From contig NIVC01001601.1 in NCBI GenBank assembly GCA_002269645.1, forward strand, positions 248,001 through 312,000: 64,000 nt of DNA, written 5' to 3'. A program made the position numbers and the translations under genes. Positions 10,921-23,426 of this stretch are shown piece by piece. Under the pieces are notes generated by a model. It had not been told where the DNA came from. It was given only the letters and a program-made list of their open reading frames with translations, and made no database searches. The stretch is from Macrostomum lignano. Its lineage: Eukaryota. Position 1 is the stretch's first letter, and the number at the start of each line of letters is the position of its first letter.

Positions 10921-12850
10921 ATTGTCAGACAATAGGTTTGTCAGGATGTTTGAGTTGTCAGACAATAGGTTTGTCAGGATGTTTGAGTTGTCAGACAATA
11001 GGTTTGTCAGGATGTTTGAGTTGTCAGACAATAGGTTTGTCAGGATGTTTGAGTTGTCAGACAATAGGTTTGTCAGATGTTTGAGTTGTTAGACAACTGT
11101 GGTTTGTCAGGATGTTTGAGTTGTCAGACAATAGGTTTGTCAGATGTTTGAGTTGTCAGACAATAGGTTTGTCAAATTTTTGAGTTGTCAGACAATAGGT
11201 TTGTCAGATGTTTGAGTTGTCAGACAGTAGGTTTGTCAGATGTTTGAGTTGTCAGACAGTAGGTTTGTCAGATGTTTGAGTTGTCAGACAATAGGTTTGT
11301 CAGATGTTTGAGTTGTCAGACAATAGGTTTGTCAAATTTTTGAATTGTCAGACAATAGGTTTGTCAGATGTTTGAGTTGTCAGACAATAGGTTTGTCAGG
11401 ATGTTTGAGTTGTCAGACAATAGGTTTGTCAGATGTTTGAGTTGTCAGACAGTAGGTTTGTCAGGATGTTTGAGTTGTCAGACAATAGGTTTGTCAGGAT
11501 GTTTGAGTTGTCAGACAATAGGTTTGTCAGGATGTTTGAGTTGTCAGACAATAGGTTTGTCAGGATGTTTGAGTTGTCAGACAATAGGTTTGTCAGGATG
11601 TTTGAGTTGTCAGACAATAGGTTTGTCAGATGTTTGAGTTGTTAGACAACTGTGGTTTGTCAGGATGTTTGAGTTGTCAGACAATAGGTTTGTCAGATGT
11701 TTGAGTTGTCAGACAATAGGTTTGTCAGGATGTTTGAGTTGTCAGACAATAGGTTTGTCAAATTTTTGAGTTGTCAGACAATAGGTTTGTCAGATGTTTG
11801 AGTTGTCAGACAATAGGTTTGTCAGGATGTTTGAGTTGTCAGACAATAGGTTTGTCAGATGTTTGAGTTGTCAGACAGTAGGTTTGTCAGGATGTTTGAG
11901 TTGTCAGACAATAGGTTTGTCAGGATGTTTGAGTTGTCAGACAATAGGTTTGTCAGGATGTTTGAGTTGTCAGACAATAGGTTTGTCAAATTTTTGAGTT
12001 GTCAGACAATAGGTTTGTCAGATGTTTGAGTTGTCAGACAATAGGTTTGTCAGGATGTTTGAGTTGTCAGACAATAGGTTTGTCAGATGTTTGAGTTGTC
12101 AGACAGTAGGTTTGTCAGGATGTTTGAGTTGTCAGACAATAGGTTTGTCAGGATGTTTGAGTTGTCAGACAATAGGTTTGTCAGGATGTTTGAGTTGTCA
12201 GACAATAGGTTTGTCAGGATGTTTGAGTTGTCAGACAATAGGTTTGTCAGGATGTTTGAGTTGTCAGACAATAGGTTTGTCAAATGTTTGAGTTGTTAGA
12301 CAACTGTGGTTTGTCAGGATGTTTGAGTTGTCAGACAATAGGTTTGTCAGATGTTTGAGTTGTCAGACAATAGGTTTGTCAGATGTTTGAGTTGTCAGAC
12401 AATAGGTTTGTCAAATGTTTGAGTTGTTAGACAACTGTGGTTTGTCAGGATGTTTGAGTTGTCAGACAATAGGTTTGTCAGATGTTTGAGTTGTCAGACA
12501 ATAGGTTTGTCAGATGTTTGAGTTGTCAGACAGTAGGTTTGTCAGATGTTTGAGTTGTCAGACAATAGGTTTGTCAGATGTTTGAGTTGTCAGACAGTAG
12601 GTTTGTCAGATGTTTGAGTTGTGAGACAGTAGGTTTGTCAGATGTTTGAGTTGTCAGACAATAGGTTTGTCAGATGTTTGAGTTGTCAGACAATAGGTTT
12701 GTCAAATTTTTGAATTGTCAGACAATAGGTTTGTCAAATGTTTGAGTTGTCAGACAATAGGTTTGTCAGATATTTGAGTTGTCAGACAATAGGTTTGTCA
12801 GATATTTGAGTTGTCAGACAATAGGTTTGTCAGATGTTTGAGTTGTCAGT
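10921..12850. repeat. 32/33-bp minisatellite (GATGTTTGAGTTGTCAGACAATAGGTTTGTCAG)n downstream of KLHL8
   Basis: About 1.9 kb of tandem units. The variant TTAGACAACTGTGG recurs near 11089, 11641, 12296 and 12427. Confidence 0.97.
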
Positions 12851-14198
12851 TAAGATGTTTGTCCGACATTTCCGGTTGTGAAACGTTTGTCTGCCCTAAT
12901 GAGCAGACTACCCACATCATTATAATCATATTATCTATTTCATATTATCTACTTTTAAGAGTCAGATATCAAAATTGTTTGAACATCATTTACTTAGCAT
13001 GTAATCATCGCGTCGTCATATCTTACTTGTCACGCAGTATTTTTGTTTTAACTTCTCCGCAGCTGTGATTTGAAAGTGCCGCATAATTTTTTCTTCATCA
13101 CTGTTCTCGATTTCTCTGCTCATTCTACACTACTGTTGTTTTAAGAAAATCTTAAGTAGTATGTATGATAGAGCTTGTCAACATTGTATCCTATATATTT
13201 TACATGTTAATATTTTAACTTATGCGTTTGGACGGCAAAGACATGAAAGTGCGTTATCTGTGTTAGCATTAAATAAATTTTAATAAAATGCATCGCAAAG
13301 CAAAGATTTGTATTCTCCAATTGTAAATATATGAATAAAATGGAAGCTTTTGTTTATATTTTGTAAATTGACGTTTTTCTTTTTACTTTTAACTTGTTAT
13401 GGGCTGTCTATAATAAAGTAATTTCCAAATACCAGTTCAGTGATTTTGAATGGTTATGATAATAAATTATTTCTTCTGTAAACTTTAGGAGAGTAAATTA
13501 CAAGTTGCTTGCCAGCTTAATTATACAGATTGTGCCCTTTAAATAGCATGACAGCTAGTTTACAAAACTTCAATTGACTGATTGGTTAACTCATTACTTG
13601 TACGAGTAAGTACCATAAGGACTACTCAAGTAGAAGAACGGGTAACTACACGCTTCTTGGGTATTTTTTAGGCAGATTTTAACGAAAAAAAATTGCGGAG
13701 AATATTCTTTACATTTTTCAGCATCAAATTTGTTATTGCTTTTGATAGGAGGCAAACCTAATGCTCATCTTTTGATATGACTTGCTTTTATTCTTACAGC
13801 TCCATTGATAGTCGTAAAGGCTATAAGAATTAGGCAAGTTGTATCAAATGATCAACATTGGGTCTGCTGCCTCCTATCAAAAGCAGAAGTTAAAACTATC
13901 AAACAAGCAGGTATCAAATGATCAATTTACAAGGCATATTGCGGTTTGAAAATGCCACTTCACAATATAGATAACTTGATGATACTCTAGCTTCAATAAA
14001 TTTTTCTGCTCGCTCTGCAAGTCGAGAGAGAGCCTTGCTCTATTTTAGTATTTAGACTAGCTCACTTGCCCCCCCCCCCTGGGGGTACTAACTTGACACT
14101 TAAAGCATGTTGAAACTGAACATCTCTAGCCTGTTGAATGATTAGTTTTGCACGGTTTTAAGCAAAGTTTTTAGCAGAAATTATATTGAACTTTTCAG

Positions 14199-17100
14199 AG
14201 GTGTCAGTACTCAACAAGACCGAGTGGTAACAGAGGCGGCCGAGGAGGGTTCGGAAATGGCGGCGGCGGTGGAGGGTTTGGAAATGGCGGCGGCGGTGGA
14301 GGGTTCGGAAATGGCGGCGGAGGGTTCGGAAATGGCGGCGGAGGGTTCGGAAATGGCGGCGGCGGCGGAGGGTTCAGAAATGGCGGCGGCGGCGGAGGGT
14401 TCGGAAATGGTGGTGGCGGAGAGTTCGGAAATGGCGGCGGCGGCGGAGGGTTCAGAAATGGCGGCGGCGGCGGAGGGTTCGGAAATGGTGGTGGCGGAGG
14501 GTTCGGAAATGGCGGCGGCGGCGGAGGGTTCGGAAATGGTGGTGGCGGAGGGTTCGGAAATGGCGGTGGCGGAGGGTTCGGAAATGGCGGCAGCCGAGGG
14601 AGCTACGTAAACGGTGGCGGTAGTTACGGCAACAAAGGAGGTTTCCGAGGCGGTTCGAGTTCGAACCTGGACCCAGAATCCGGCTTGGGCTTCAAGCCTT
14701 TGCCATCATCGGCTTTGGCGTTTTCGAACTCCTCGGACCCATCAGTCGCCGAGGTCAGCAGCGGCGCCAGCGACCTTCGAGCTCTCCGTCTTGAACGGCT
14801 TCGCCAGAAAGAGTCCGAGCTGGAGGCTGCCAGGAATCACCTGGGCTCCGTGAAGGATCAACCGATGCCCGTGAAGCCGCCGCCACAGGAGCAGCACCGA
14901 CCATCTTGCTCGTGTCGGTGCCTGCAGACTCTGATGGCCACCGGGCAGACCCCTGGCGGCCAGCAGCTGCATCGTTGCCGTTGCGTCTGGACGGAGGTCA
15001 CTGCTAACAGCTTCGCCGCCTTCGCTGCTACCCAGACTGGAAATTCTGCTCAGCAACCCGACAAGCTGGCCGACATGTCGCAGGTTGCCGATCGCCTGCT
15101 GTCCGACGCCGGGGTCCATCGAATCGTTCGTCGAGGCCAAGCAACCAACGAAGGCGCCGCCGCCGTGTCCGCAGTGGACGCCACTCTGTCGCCTGACGAG
15201 TTCGGGAGGAGGCTGGCCTTAGCGGAGGCGGAGCTGCGGCGCACGGTCAGTCGGATGCTGCTGTCGGCGGGGCAGCGGCCAGCAGCTGGCGGGGCTCGCC
15301 TGTCAGTGCTGGGCGGACTGATCTCTGACGGTCTGGGTGAGTGGCTTACTGCTTCTGGGGGGCGGGCGCTGCAGCCGCTCGGCTGAGGTCTACTTGACCA
15401 TGTTGCTTTATCCACCACCTCATTTCCTCCGCACCCTATCTCATTCCTTCTCCATCCTATCTCATTCCCTTCCCATCCTATCTCATTCCCTTCCCATTTT
15501 ATCTCATTCCCTCCCCATCCTATCTCATTCCCTCCCCATCCTATCTCATTCCCTCCCCATCCTATCTCATTCCCTCCCCATCCTATCTCATTCCCTCCCT
15601 ATCCTATCATTCCCTTCGCACCCTATCTCATTCCCTTTTCATTTTATCTCCTTCCCTCCCCATCCTATCTCATTCCCTCCCTATCCTATCATTCCCTTCG
15701 CACCCTATCTCATTCCCTTTTCATTTTATCTCCTTCCCTCCCCATCCTATCTCATTCCCTCCCCATCCTATCTCATTCCCTCCCTATCCTATCATTCCCT
15801 CCCTATCCTATCATTCCCTCCGCACCCTATCTAATTCCCTTCCCATTTTATCTCCTTCCCTCCCCATCCTATCTCATTCCCTCCCCATCCTATCTCATTC
15901 CCTCCCTATCCTATCTCATTCCCTCCCCATCCTATCTCATTCCCTCCCCATCCTATCTCATTCCCTCCCCATCCTATCTCATTCCCTCCCCATCCTATCT
16001 CATTCCCTCCCCATCCTATCTCATTCCCTCCCCATCCTATCTCATTCCCTCCCCATCCTATCTCATTCCCTCCCCATCCTATCTCATTCCCTCCCTATCC
16101 TATCATTCCCTCCGCAACCTATCTCATTCCCTTCCCATTTTATCTCATTCCCTTTCCATCCTGTCTCATTCCCTCCCCATCCTATCTCATTCCCTCCCTA
16201 TCCTCTCTCCTTCCCTCCCTATCCTATCTCATTCCTTTTCCATCCTATCTCATTCCTTTTCCATCCTATCTCATTCCCTTTCCATCCTATCTCATTCCCT
16301 CCCCATCCTATCTCATTCCCTCCCCATCCTATCTCATTCCCTCCCCATCCTATCTCATTCCCTCCCCATCCTATCTCATTCCCTCCCTATCCTCTCTCCT
16401 TCCCTCCCTATCCTATCTCATTCCTTTTCCATCCTATCTCATTCCTTTTCCATCCTATCTCATTCCCTTCCATTTTATCTCATTCCCTTTCCATCCTATC
16501 TCATTCCCTCCCCATCCTATCTCATTCCCTCCCTATCCTCTCTCCTTCCCTCCCTATCCTATCTCATTCCTTTTCCATCCTATCTCATTCCTTTTCCATC
16601 CTATCTCATTCCCTTTCCATCCTATCTCATTCCCTCCCCATCCTATCTCATTCCCTCCCCATCCTATCTCATTCCCTCCCCATCCTATCTCATTCCCTCC
16701 CCATCCTATCTCATTCCCTCCCCATCCTATCTCATTCCCTCCCCATCCTATCTCATTCCCTCCCTATCCTCTCTCCTTCCCTCCCTATCCTATCTCATTC
16801 CTTTTCCATCCTATCTCATTCCTTTTCCATCCTATCTCATTCCCTTCCATTTTATCTCATTCCTTTTCCATCCTATCTCATTCCCTCCCCATCCTATCTC
16901 ATTCCTAAATATAATGGCATTCTATCACCATTCTGTCTCACCCAATCTCCATCCCATCTCAGCCTGTCCCCAGACTCTCTCCCTCTTTATCCCCCATGTT
17001 GTCCCTCATCCCCATGTCTACTTGCGTATCTCATTATCCCATCTCTGCATTCTTTACCACCGCAACTATAAGCCGAAACCCTTATTTCCACCGTCAGTTT

Positions 17101-19236
17101 AACCTTTCCTACTGCTCATGCCCGTCAATACGGCTGGCGCACTTTGACAGCTCGCCAGTTCACTATAAAAACTCTCCGCCTCTCTCCCTTCACAGCGCGC
17201 TGCTTCAGCCGCCAGCCGCAACGCCGACTGCTTATCGACGCTGTCTCGCTGGCAAATCTTCGCCGTCTGACCGCCTCGGTGTCGGCGGCCTCGCCGCTGC
17301 TCCTCGTCACCGATAGCGTTGGCCTCGCCGCGGCCGCGCCGCTTCTTGTCCAGCTTCGCCCCGTCCTGCTGACTCCCGCGCAGTCTTCGTTGAACCCAGC
17401 CGACGTGCTGAAGTTCGATCGGCTAGTCCTGGATGATCCCAGCTTCGGCGAGCTCGTCCTGATGTCGCTGGTGCACCTGACCGCGGCTGGCCGGACTCTC
17501 CTGTGGGTTGTCGATCAGCATGTCGGCGACGTTGCCGACGCCAATAACGCCGAGCAGGATGCGGCTTTCGACCTGCTGTCCGAGGCGCTGACGTCTGGCG
17601 AGCTACCCGACGTCGTTGCCTGCTCACTGGCTGTCGCCGTTGAAGACGACGACTTCGACAATTGTCGGCCGCTGTCTATCGCCGCGGCGGTTCTCGGCGA
17701 GGCTGTCGGATTCCGCGATTGGCTGATGATGATGGGCGGCGGCAGCTCGGACGGTCCGCGACAGTCGCTGGAGCGGCTACGCAGGCACCTGCTGTGGTGT
17801 CTGCACTTTCACCGACCGTTGATGCCCAAGCAATTGGTGGATTTTGCCGACCTCATGCTGGGTTGCTCTGGACCGGGCGCTGGCAACCAGTCTATCGGAC
17901 TTTGCGTAAGAGTTTTTATATGAATTCATCCTGCGAGTACAAACAACTTTTGGAATCTTGGTGTCTGAATAAGCACTGTTAAAGCTGGGTTTATGCATAG
18001 TCTTAGGCTTTGAAATGGTTTTTAAGTACGCCAAAGTGGTTGCTAGGACTCCTAAAGAGGTTTCTAATGACGTCAAAGTCGTTTCTAGAGCGCCAGAATG
18101 CTTACTATTAATATCAATGCAAAAAATGGTTGTTAGGGACATCAAAGTGGTTGCTAGGCACTTAAGTGGTTGCTATGACTGCAAATGTAGTTGCTAGGGC
18201 CGCCAAACCGGTTACTAGGGCTTGCTTAATTAAAGAGTTAAAAGGATACTCAATGTTTGCTACGAACGCTAAGTTGTTTGCTGTGTTGTAGCAGTTTTTG
18301 AAACTTATTTGTTATTTCTCTATCGCCGAAAAACCCGATATCCCACAGTCTCTCGACGACTGCGCCTCGTTTCTGACCGACCAGCTGAGATTCGCCTTCG
18401 CCTTCAGCTACGACTCCGAGGCGGCTCTGCGCGCCTGGTTGGCGCCGTCATCAGCTGGCAGCAGCCGGCGCCTCCTGCCGCGGCCGATTGCGGACCGCCT
18501 GCTGCCCGTCTGCCTGACGGCCGCCCTGCTGGCCAACCAGCTGGGCCTGGCGGTTCAGAGCTGCGTGCTGCGGCACCAGCTGGTTGAGTCTTGCTCAGCG
18601 CTGCTGCTCAGTCTGGCGCATCGCCTGCCGCAGCTTCGCCTCCTTGGCCGGGCCTGCGGCGCCGGCCTGTCCGCCGCCGATGCCCGCTTCGCCGAGCTGG
18701 ACGTGGCCGGCAGCCTGGCCGAGTCCGCGGTTGACTGCCTGCTGGCCATCGGTGCTCTGGACTATCCCGAAGACGATGCCGGCGAGGATGTCGAAGGAGC
18801 GGACGGCACCGACGTCGCTGCCGGTGCCGCTTTTGCCGACGATCCCGGAGCTTCGGCAGCGGCGGCGCGGTTCCGGCTGAGAAATCTGGCGTTGAACCCG
18901 ACGGCTGCCAGCCTGGTGGTGAGGGAGGCGGGTCGGGCCTGCCTGCTGCAGCTGGGCGATCTGTGCCAGACGGAGCTGCGCCGGATGTCGGCGCTGCTGT
19001 GTCGCCTGCTTGACGGAGCCGATGCCACCGTGGGCGGCGACGGCGTTGACGCGGAAGAATTGGCGGATTTGGAGCGACTCCGGGCGCTGGGATTGGTCGC
19101 CGCCGCCGGTCGTGGCGGCTATCGGCTGAGTCCCGGCGATGATGGCGGCGATGAAGGCGGCGATGCCGAGAGTCTTGATGGAGCTGCGATTGAAGCTGGA
19201 GAGCTGCTGCGGGCTGTTGAATTGGCTCTGCTTTGA
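14199..19236 (+). CDS. MCMDC2: Divergent MCM-domain protein, most like MCMDC2, with N-terminal (GGFGN)n/RGG low-complexity region; join(<14199..15336,17196..17905,18349..19236), at least 911 aa; start exon not found
   Basis: The frame from 14199 is open (RCQYSTRPSGNRGGRGGFGNGGG...) and joins ORF 14685. Splice phases 1 and 0 are consistent. Compared from memory with MCMDC2: PLLLVTDSVG (degenerate Walker A), LLWVVDQ (Walker B position), AFDLLSEALTSG, LMPKQLVDFADLMLGC (MCMDC2 LIPANLVEAFGLLINC-like), SLDDCASFL..FAFSYDSEAALRAW. Cys cluster CSCRC..CRC. The gene model is solid; the family call is moderate. Confidence 0.55.
15440..16905. repeat. 21-bp pyrimidine-rich minisatellite (CCCATCCTATCTCATTCCCTC)n in intron
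   Basis: Directly visible; + strand almost G-free. Confidence 0.97.
18030..18225. repeat. Degenerate ~21-bp repeat (AAAGTGGTTGCTAGG...) in MCMDC2-like intron 2
   Basis: Recurring GTGGTTGCTAGG / GTTTCTAG / GTTACTAGG units. Confidence 0.65.
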
Positions 19237-19247
19237 TTCAGAAATGA

Positions 19248-19820
19248 ACTGGTCAGGACTGGTCGATTCAGGTCAGGATCCTTGTCGGTTCTGGTCAGGA
19301 CTTGTCGGTTCTGGTCAGGACTGGTCGGTTTTGGTCAGGACTTGTCGGTTCTGGTAAGGACTGGTCGATTCTGGTCAGGACTTGTCAGTTCTGGTCAGGA
19401 CTTGTCGGTTCTGGTCAGGACTGATCGGTTTTGGTCAGGGCTGGTCGATTCTGGTCAGGACTTGTCGGTTCTGATCAGGACTGGTCGGTTCTAGTCAGGA
19501 CTGGTCGGTTCTGGTCAGGAGTGATCAGTTCTGGTCAGGACTGATCGGTTTTGGTCAGGACTTGTCGGTTCTGGTCAGGACTTGTCGGTTCTGGTCAGGA
19601 TTGGTCCATTCAGGTCAGGACTGGTCGGTTCTTGTCAGGACTGGTCGATTCTGGTCAGGACTTGTCAGTTCTGGTCAGGACTTGTCGGTTCTGGTCAGGA
19701 CTGGTCGATTCTGGTCAGGACTTGTCGGTTCTGGTCAGGAGTGGTCGGTTCTGGTCAGGACTGGTCGGTTCTAGTCAGGACTGGTCGGTTCTGGTCAGGA
19801 CTGGTCGGTTCTGGTCAGGA
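19248..19820. repeat. 20-bp minisatellite (CTGGTCAGGACTTGTCGGTT)n directly after the MCMDC2-like stop
   Basis: Directly visible. Confidence 0.96.
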
Positions 19821-20089
19821 CAACAAGCTATGTAAAGTTCATAATTTTCAGTCAATTTATTAATACGCGACCGATTCGCCTACTGTTAGTAGTGTCAGCC
19901 GTACATTGTCTAATATTTTGGGCTTGCCGTATGCGTGTTTCACTTTGTTGCATTTCTTGCTGAAGCAGTTTTTCGCTAGAACAGAATTAATGTAAATTCA
20001 AGACGTAGTATAATTAATAAAAGTTATATCAGCCTTTTAATATTTTAAATTTATGGTTTTGCTGAATTAATGTCATTTTTTATCATTAA

Positions 20090-23000
20090 ATGATTTCCGT
20101 ACAAGTCAGTGAAATTTGTACTAATGTGTAAAGTATATAAATGTCAATAAAATCAATGGGCAAAGTCATTGCAGCATGGGATTTCAATGGGGAATGCTGT
20201 TGCAGAATGCGGATTTCAATGGGGAATGTCATTGCAGCATGGGGATTTCAATGGGGAATGCTATTGCAGAATGCAGATTTCAATGGGGAATGTCATTGCA
20301 GCATGGGGATTTCAATGGGGAATGTCATTGCAGCATGGGGATTTCAATGGGGAATGCTATTGCAGAATGCAGATTTCAATGGGGAATGTCATTGCAGCAT
20401 GGGGATTTCAATGGGGAATGTCATTGCAGCATGGGGATTTCAATGGGGAATGTCATTGCAGCATGGGGATTTCAATGGTGAATGTCATTGCAGCATGGGG
20501 ATTTCAATGGGGAATGCTATTGCAGAATGCAGATTTCAATGGTGAATGTCATTGCAGCATGGGGATTTCAATGGGGAATGTCACTGCAGCCTGGGATTTC
20601 AATGGGCAAAGTCATTGCAGCATGGGGATTGGGGATTTCAATGGGGAATGTCATTGCAGCATGGGGATTTCAATGGGGAATGTCATTGCAGCATGGGGAA
20701 TGCTATTGCAGAATGCAGATTTCAATGGGGAATGTCATTGCAGCATGGGGATTTCAATGGGGAATGTCATTGCAGCATGGGGATTTCAATGGGAAATGCT
20801 ATTGCAGAATGCAGATTTCAATGGTGAATGTCATTGCAGCATGGGGATTTCAATGGGGAATGTCATTGCAGCATGGGGATTTCAATGGGGAATGTCATTG
20901 CAGCATGGGGATTTCAATGGGGAATGCTATTGCAGAATGCAGATTTCAATGGGGAATGTCATTGCAACATGGGATTTCATTGGGGAATCGCGTCCAAAAG
21001 CGCCGCAGAGATCCCCAATCCCATACACACGCAGTTGCAGCCGCGGTCAGTATTCTCACACCTGCGATGCCGGAGTTACGAGCAGCCCCAGCCGCAGGCG
21101 GTCCAAGCGAGCCTCCTTGGCGGCCTGACACTGGCCGGGCCAGCCTTGGACGCCGGCCTGGGCAGCGTGTTCAACGTGCTGCACCATCCCAGCGACGGCC
21201 GCACTTTGCTGGCCATGTACGAGAGGCGCGCCCTGGCCAGGTGGGACTTCCGTGTTGGCGGCGGCCGGCCGGTCTTTGTCAACCGGAACGCGCACGAGGA
21301 CTGCGTCAATGTCGCCGCGTTTCTTGGCGGCGGCGACTGCGTGTTCGCCACCGGCTGCGATTCCGGCCAGTGCCGGGTGTGGGACCTGCGGCGGCCGGGC
21401 CGCCCGCTGGCTGTGCTCAGCACCGAGGCTGGCTGCATCAAGAATCTGGAGTGCGCGCCAGCCAGCCAGCTGCTCATGGTGTCCGGCTTCCGGTCGCAGG
21501 TTGGTTTTTGGAGAGATATTTAGGGAGTTCATGGACTTCACGATTTTAGGGAGTTCATGGACTTCACGATTTTAGGGAGTTTATGGACTTCACGATTTTA
21601 GGGAGTTTATGGACTTCACGATTTTAGGGAGTTCATGGACTTCACGATTTTAGGGAGTTCATGGACTTCACGATTTTAGGGAGTTCATGGACTTCACGAT
21701 TTTAGGGAGTTCATGGACTTCACGATTTTAGGGAGTTCATGGACTTCACGATTTTAGGGAGTTCATGGACTTCACGATTTTAGGGAGTTCATGGACTTCA
21801 CGATTTTAGGGAGTTCATGGACTTCACGATTTTAGGGAGTTCATGGACTTCACGATTTTAGGGAGTAGTTCATGGACGTCACGATTTTAGGGAGTTCATG
21901 GACTTCACGATTTTTTGGAGTTCATGGACATCTGAGTGAGCTAGGGTTTTAGGGAGTTCATGGACTCTCAGTGAGCTAGGGTTTTAGTAAGTTCATGGAC
22001 ATCTGAGTGAGCTAGGGTTTTAGGGAGTTCACATGGACATCTGAGTGAGCTAGGGTTTTAGGGAGTTCATGGACTTCTCAGTGAGCTAGGGTTTTAGGGA
22101 GTTCATGGACTTCTCAGTGAGCTAGGGTTTTAGGGAGTTCATGGACATCTGAGTGAGCTAGGGTTTTAGGGAGTTCACATGGACTTCTCAGTGAGCTAGG
22201 GTTTTAGTGAGTTCATGGACATCTGAGTGAGCTAGGGTTTTAGGGAGTTCACATGGACTTATGAGTGACGTACATGCAAGATGGTTTAATAGTTAGTTCA
22301 TGGACTGTTAAACTGGTCATTTAGATTGGAGGGACGCAACAACTAGGCAAACAAAAAACAGAATTTTTGCTGGCACCCTCATCAGCTGATTTTCTACGAC
22401 ACTGGAACTCTGCGGCTGAGCGACAGCTGCCCCGCCTGGAGCACCAGCCAGCTCATGCGGGCCCGCCTGCATCCGGACAGCAACCGCCTCGTGCTCGCCT
22501 ATCGATCCTTCCTGGTGCTCATCGACCGATTCGATCCAGAGACCCTCGCCAGCGACCTGCCGGACTTCCAGCCAGACGCCTGGCTCACCGACGCTCTCGA
22601 CGAAGAGGCCTCCGACGTCCATATTCAGACTGCGTTGTTGGCGCTGCAGCGGCGCGTCTCCGACAGCTCCGAGGGCCTCAGCCGCAACCTGGCCTCGCTG
22701 GTGCACTCGGGCTTCAACGACCGGCCGGACACCGAGGAGGTCAGCCTATCCTCGCTCTGCCTGCACCCGTCCGGCTGCCTCGTGGCCAGCCGCGGCTTCG
22801 CCATCGACCTGAGCCAACCGTGGCGGCTTAGCCAACTTCTTGCCGGGCCCGCGCCCGTCAGCTGCAGCACCTACCTGCACTGGCTGCAGCCCGGCGCCGC
22901 AGGCTCCACTCTCATTGGCCAGTTCGAGGAGCCAATCGCCGCCCGGCAGATTATCAAAGAGATCAGCTTCAGCGGCTGCCGGCGATTTCTGGCCTCCCCG

Positions 23001-23137
23001 TTTGCTAGGGGAGTTCGATTGTTCGCTAACGGGCGGCTGGACTGGCTGGAGCGGACTGGCAGCGAGCCCGTGCGGCCTGTTGGTGCGTCCGGGTGTCTGT
23101 CTGTCTGTCTTAGTGTCTGTCTGTCTGTCTGTCTTAG

Positions 23138-23210
<73 letters not shown>

Positions 23211-23285
23211 TAGTGTCTGTCTGTCTTAGTGTCTGTCTGTCTATGTGTCTGTCTTAGTGTCTGTCTGTCTTAGTGTCTGTCTTAG

Positions 23286-23342
<57 letters not shown>

Positions 23343-23385
23343 TAGTGTCTGTTTGTCTGTCTGTCTTAGTGTCTGTCTGTCTTAG

Positions 23386-23426
<41 letters not shown>

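Noticed and set aside
10713-12300. MFELSDNRFVR / CLSCQTIGLSG repeat ORFs
   Set aside because: Minisatellite translations disrupted by 32-bp units.
14224-14610. ORF 'MAAAEGSE' repeat
   Set aside because: It is an alternative frame of the GGFGN repeat. The Gly frame is the one continuous with the downstream exon and starts at an acceptor.
20141-21549. Overlapping ORFs up to 355 aa
   Set aside because: They come from the 32-bp array; only the frame containing DCAF10 exon 21035-21499 is real.
7375-22262. Regular 20-36-bp repeats resembling CRISPR arrays
   Set aside because: Units are head-to-tail with no unique spacers, there are no cas genes, and the context is eukaryotic.
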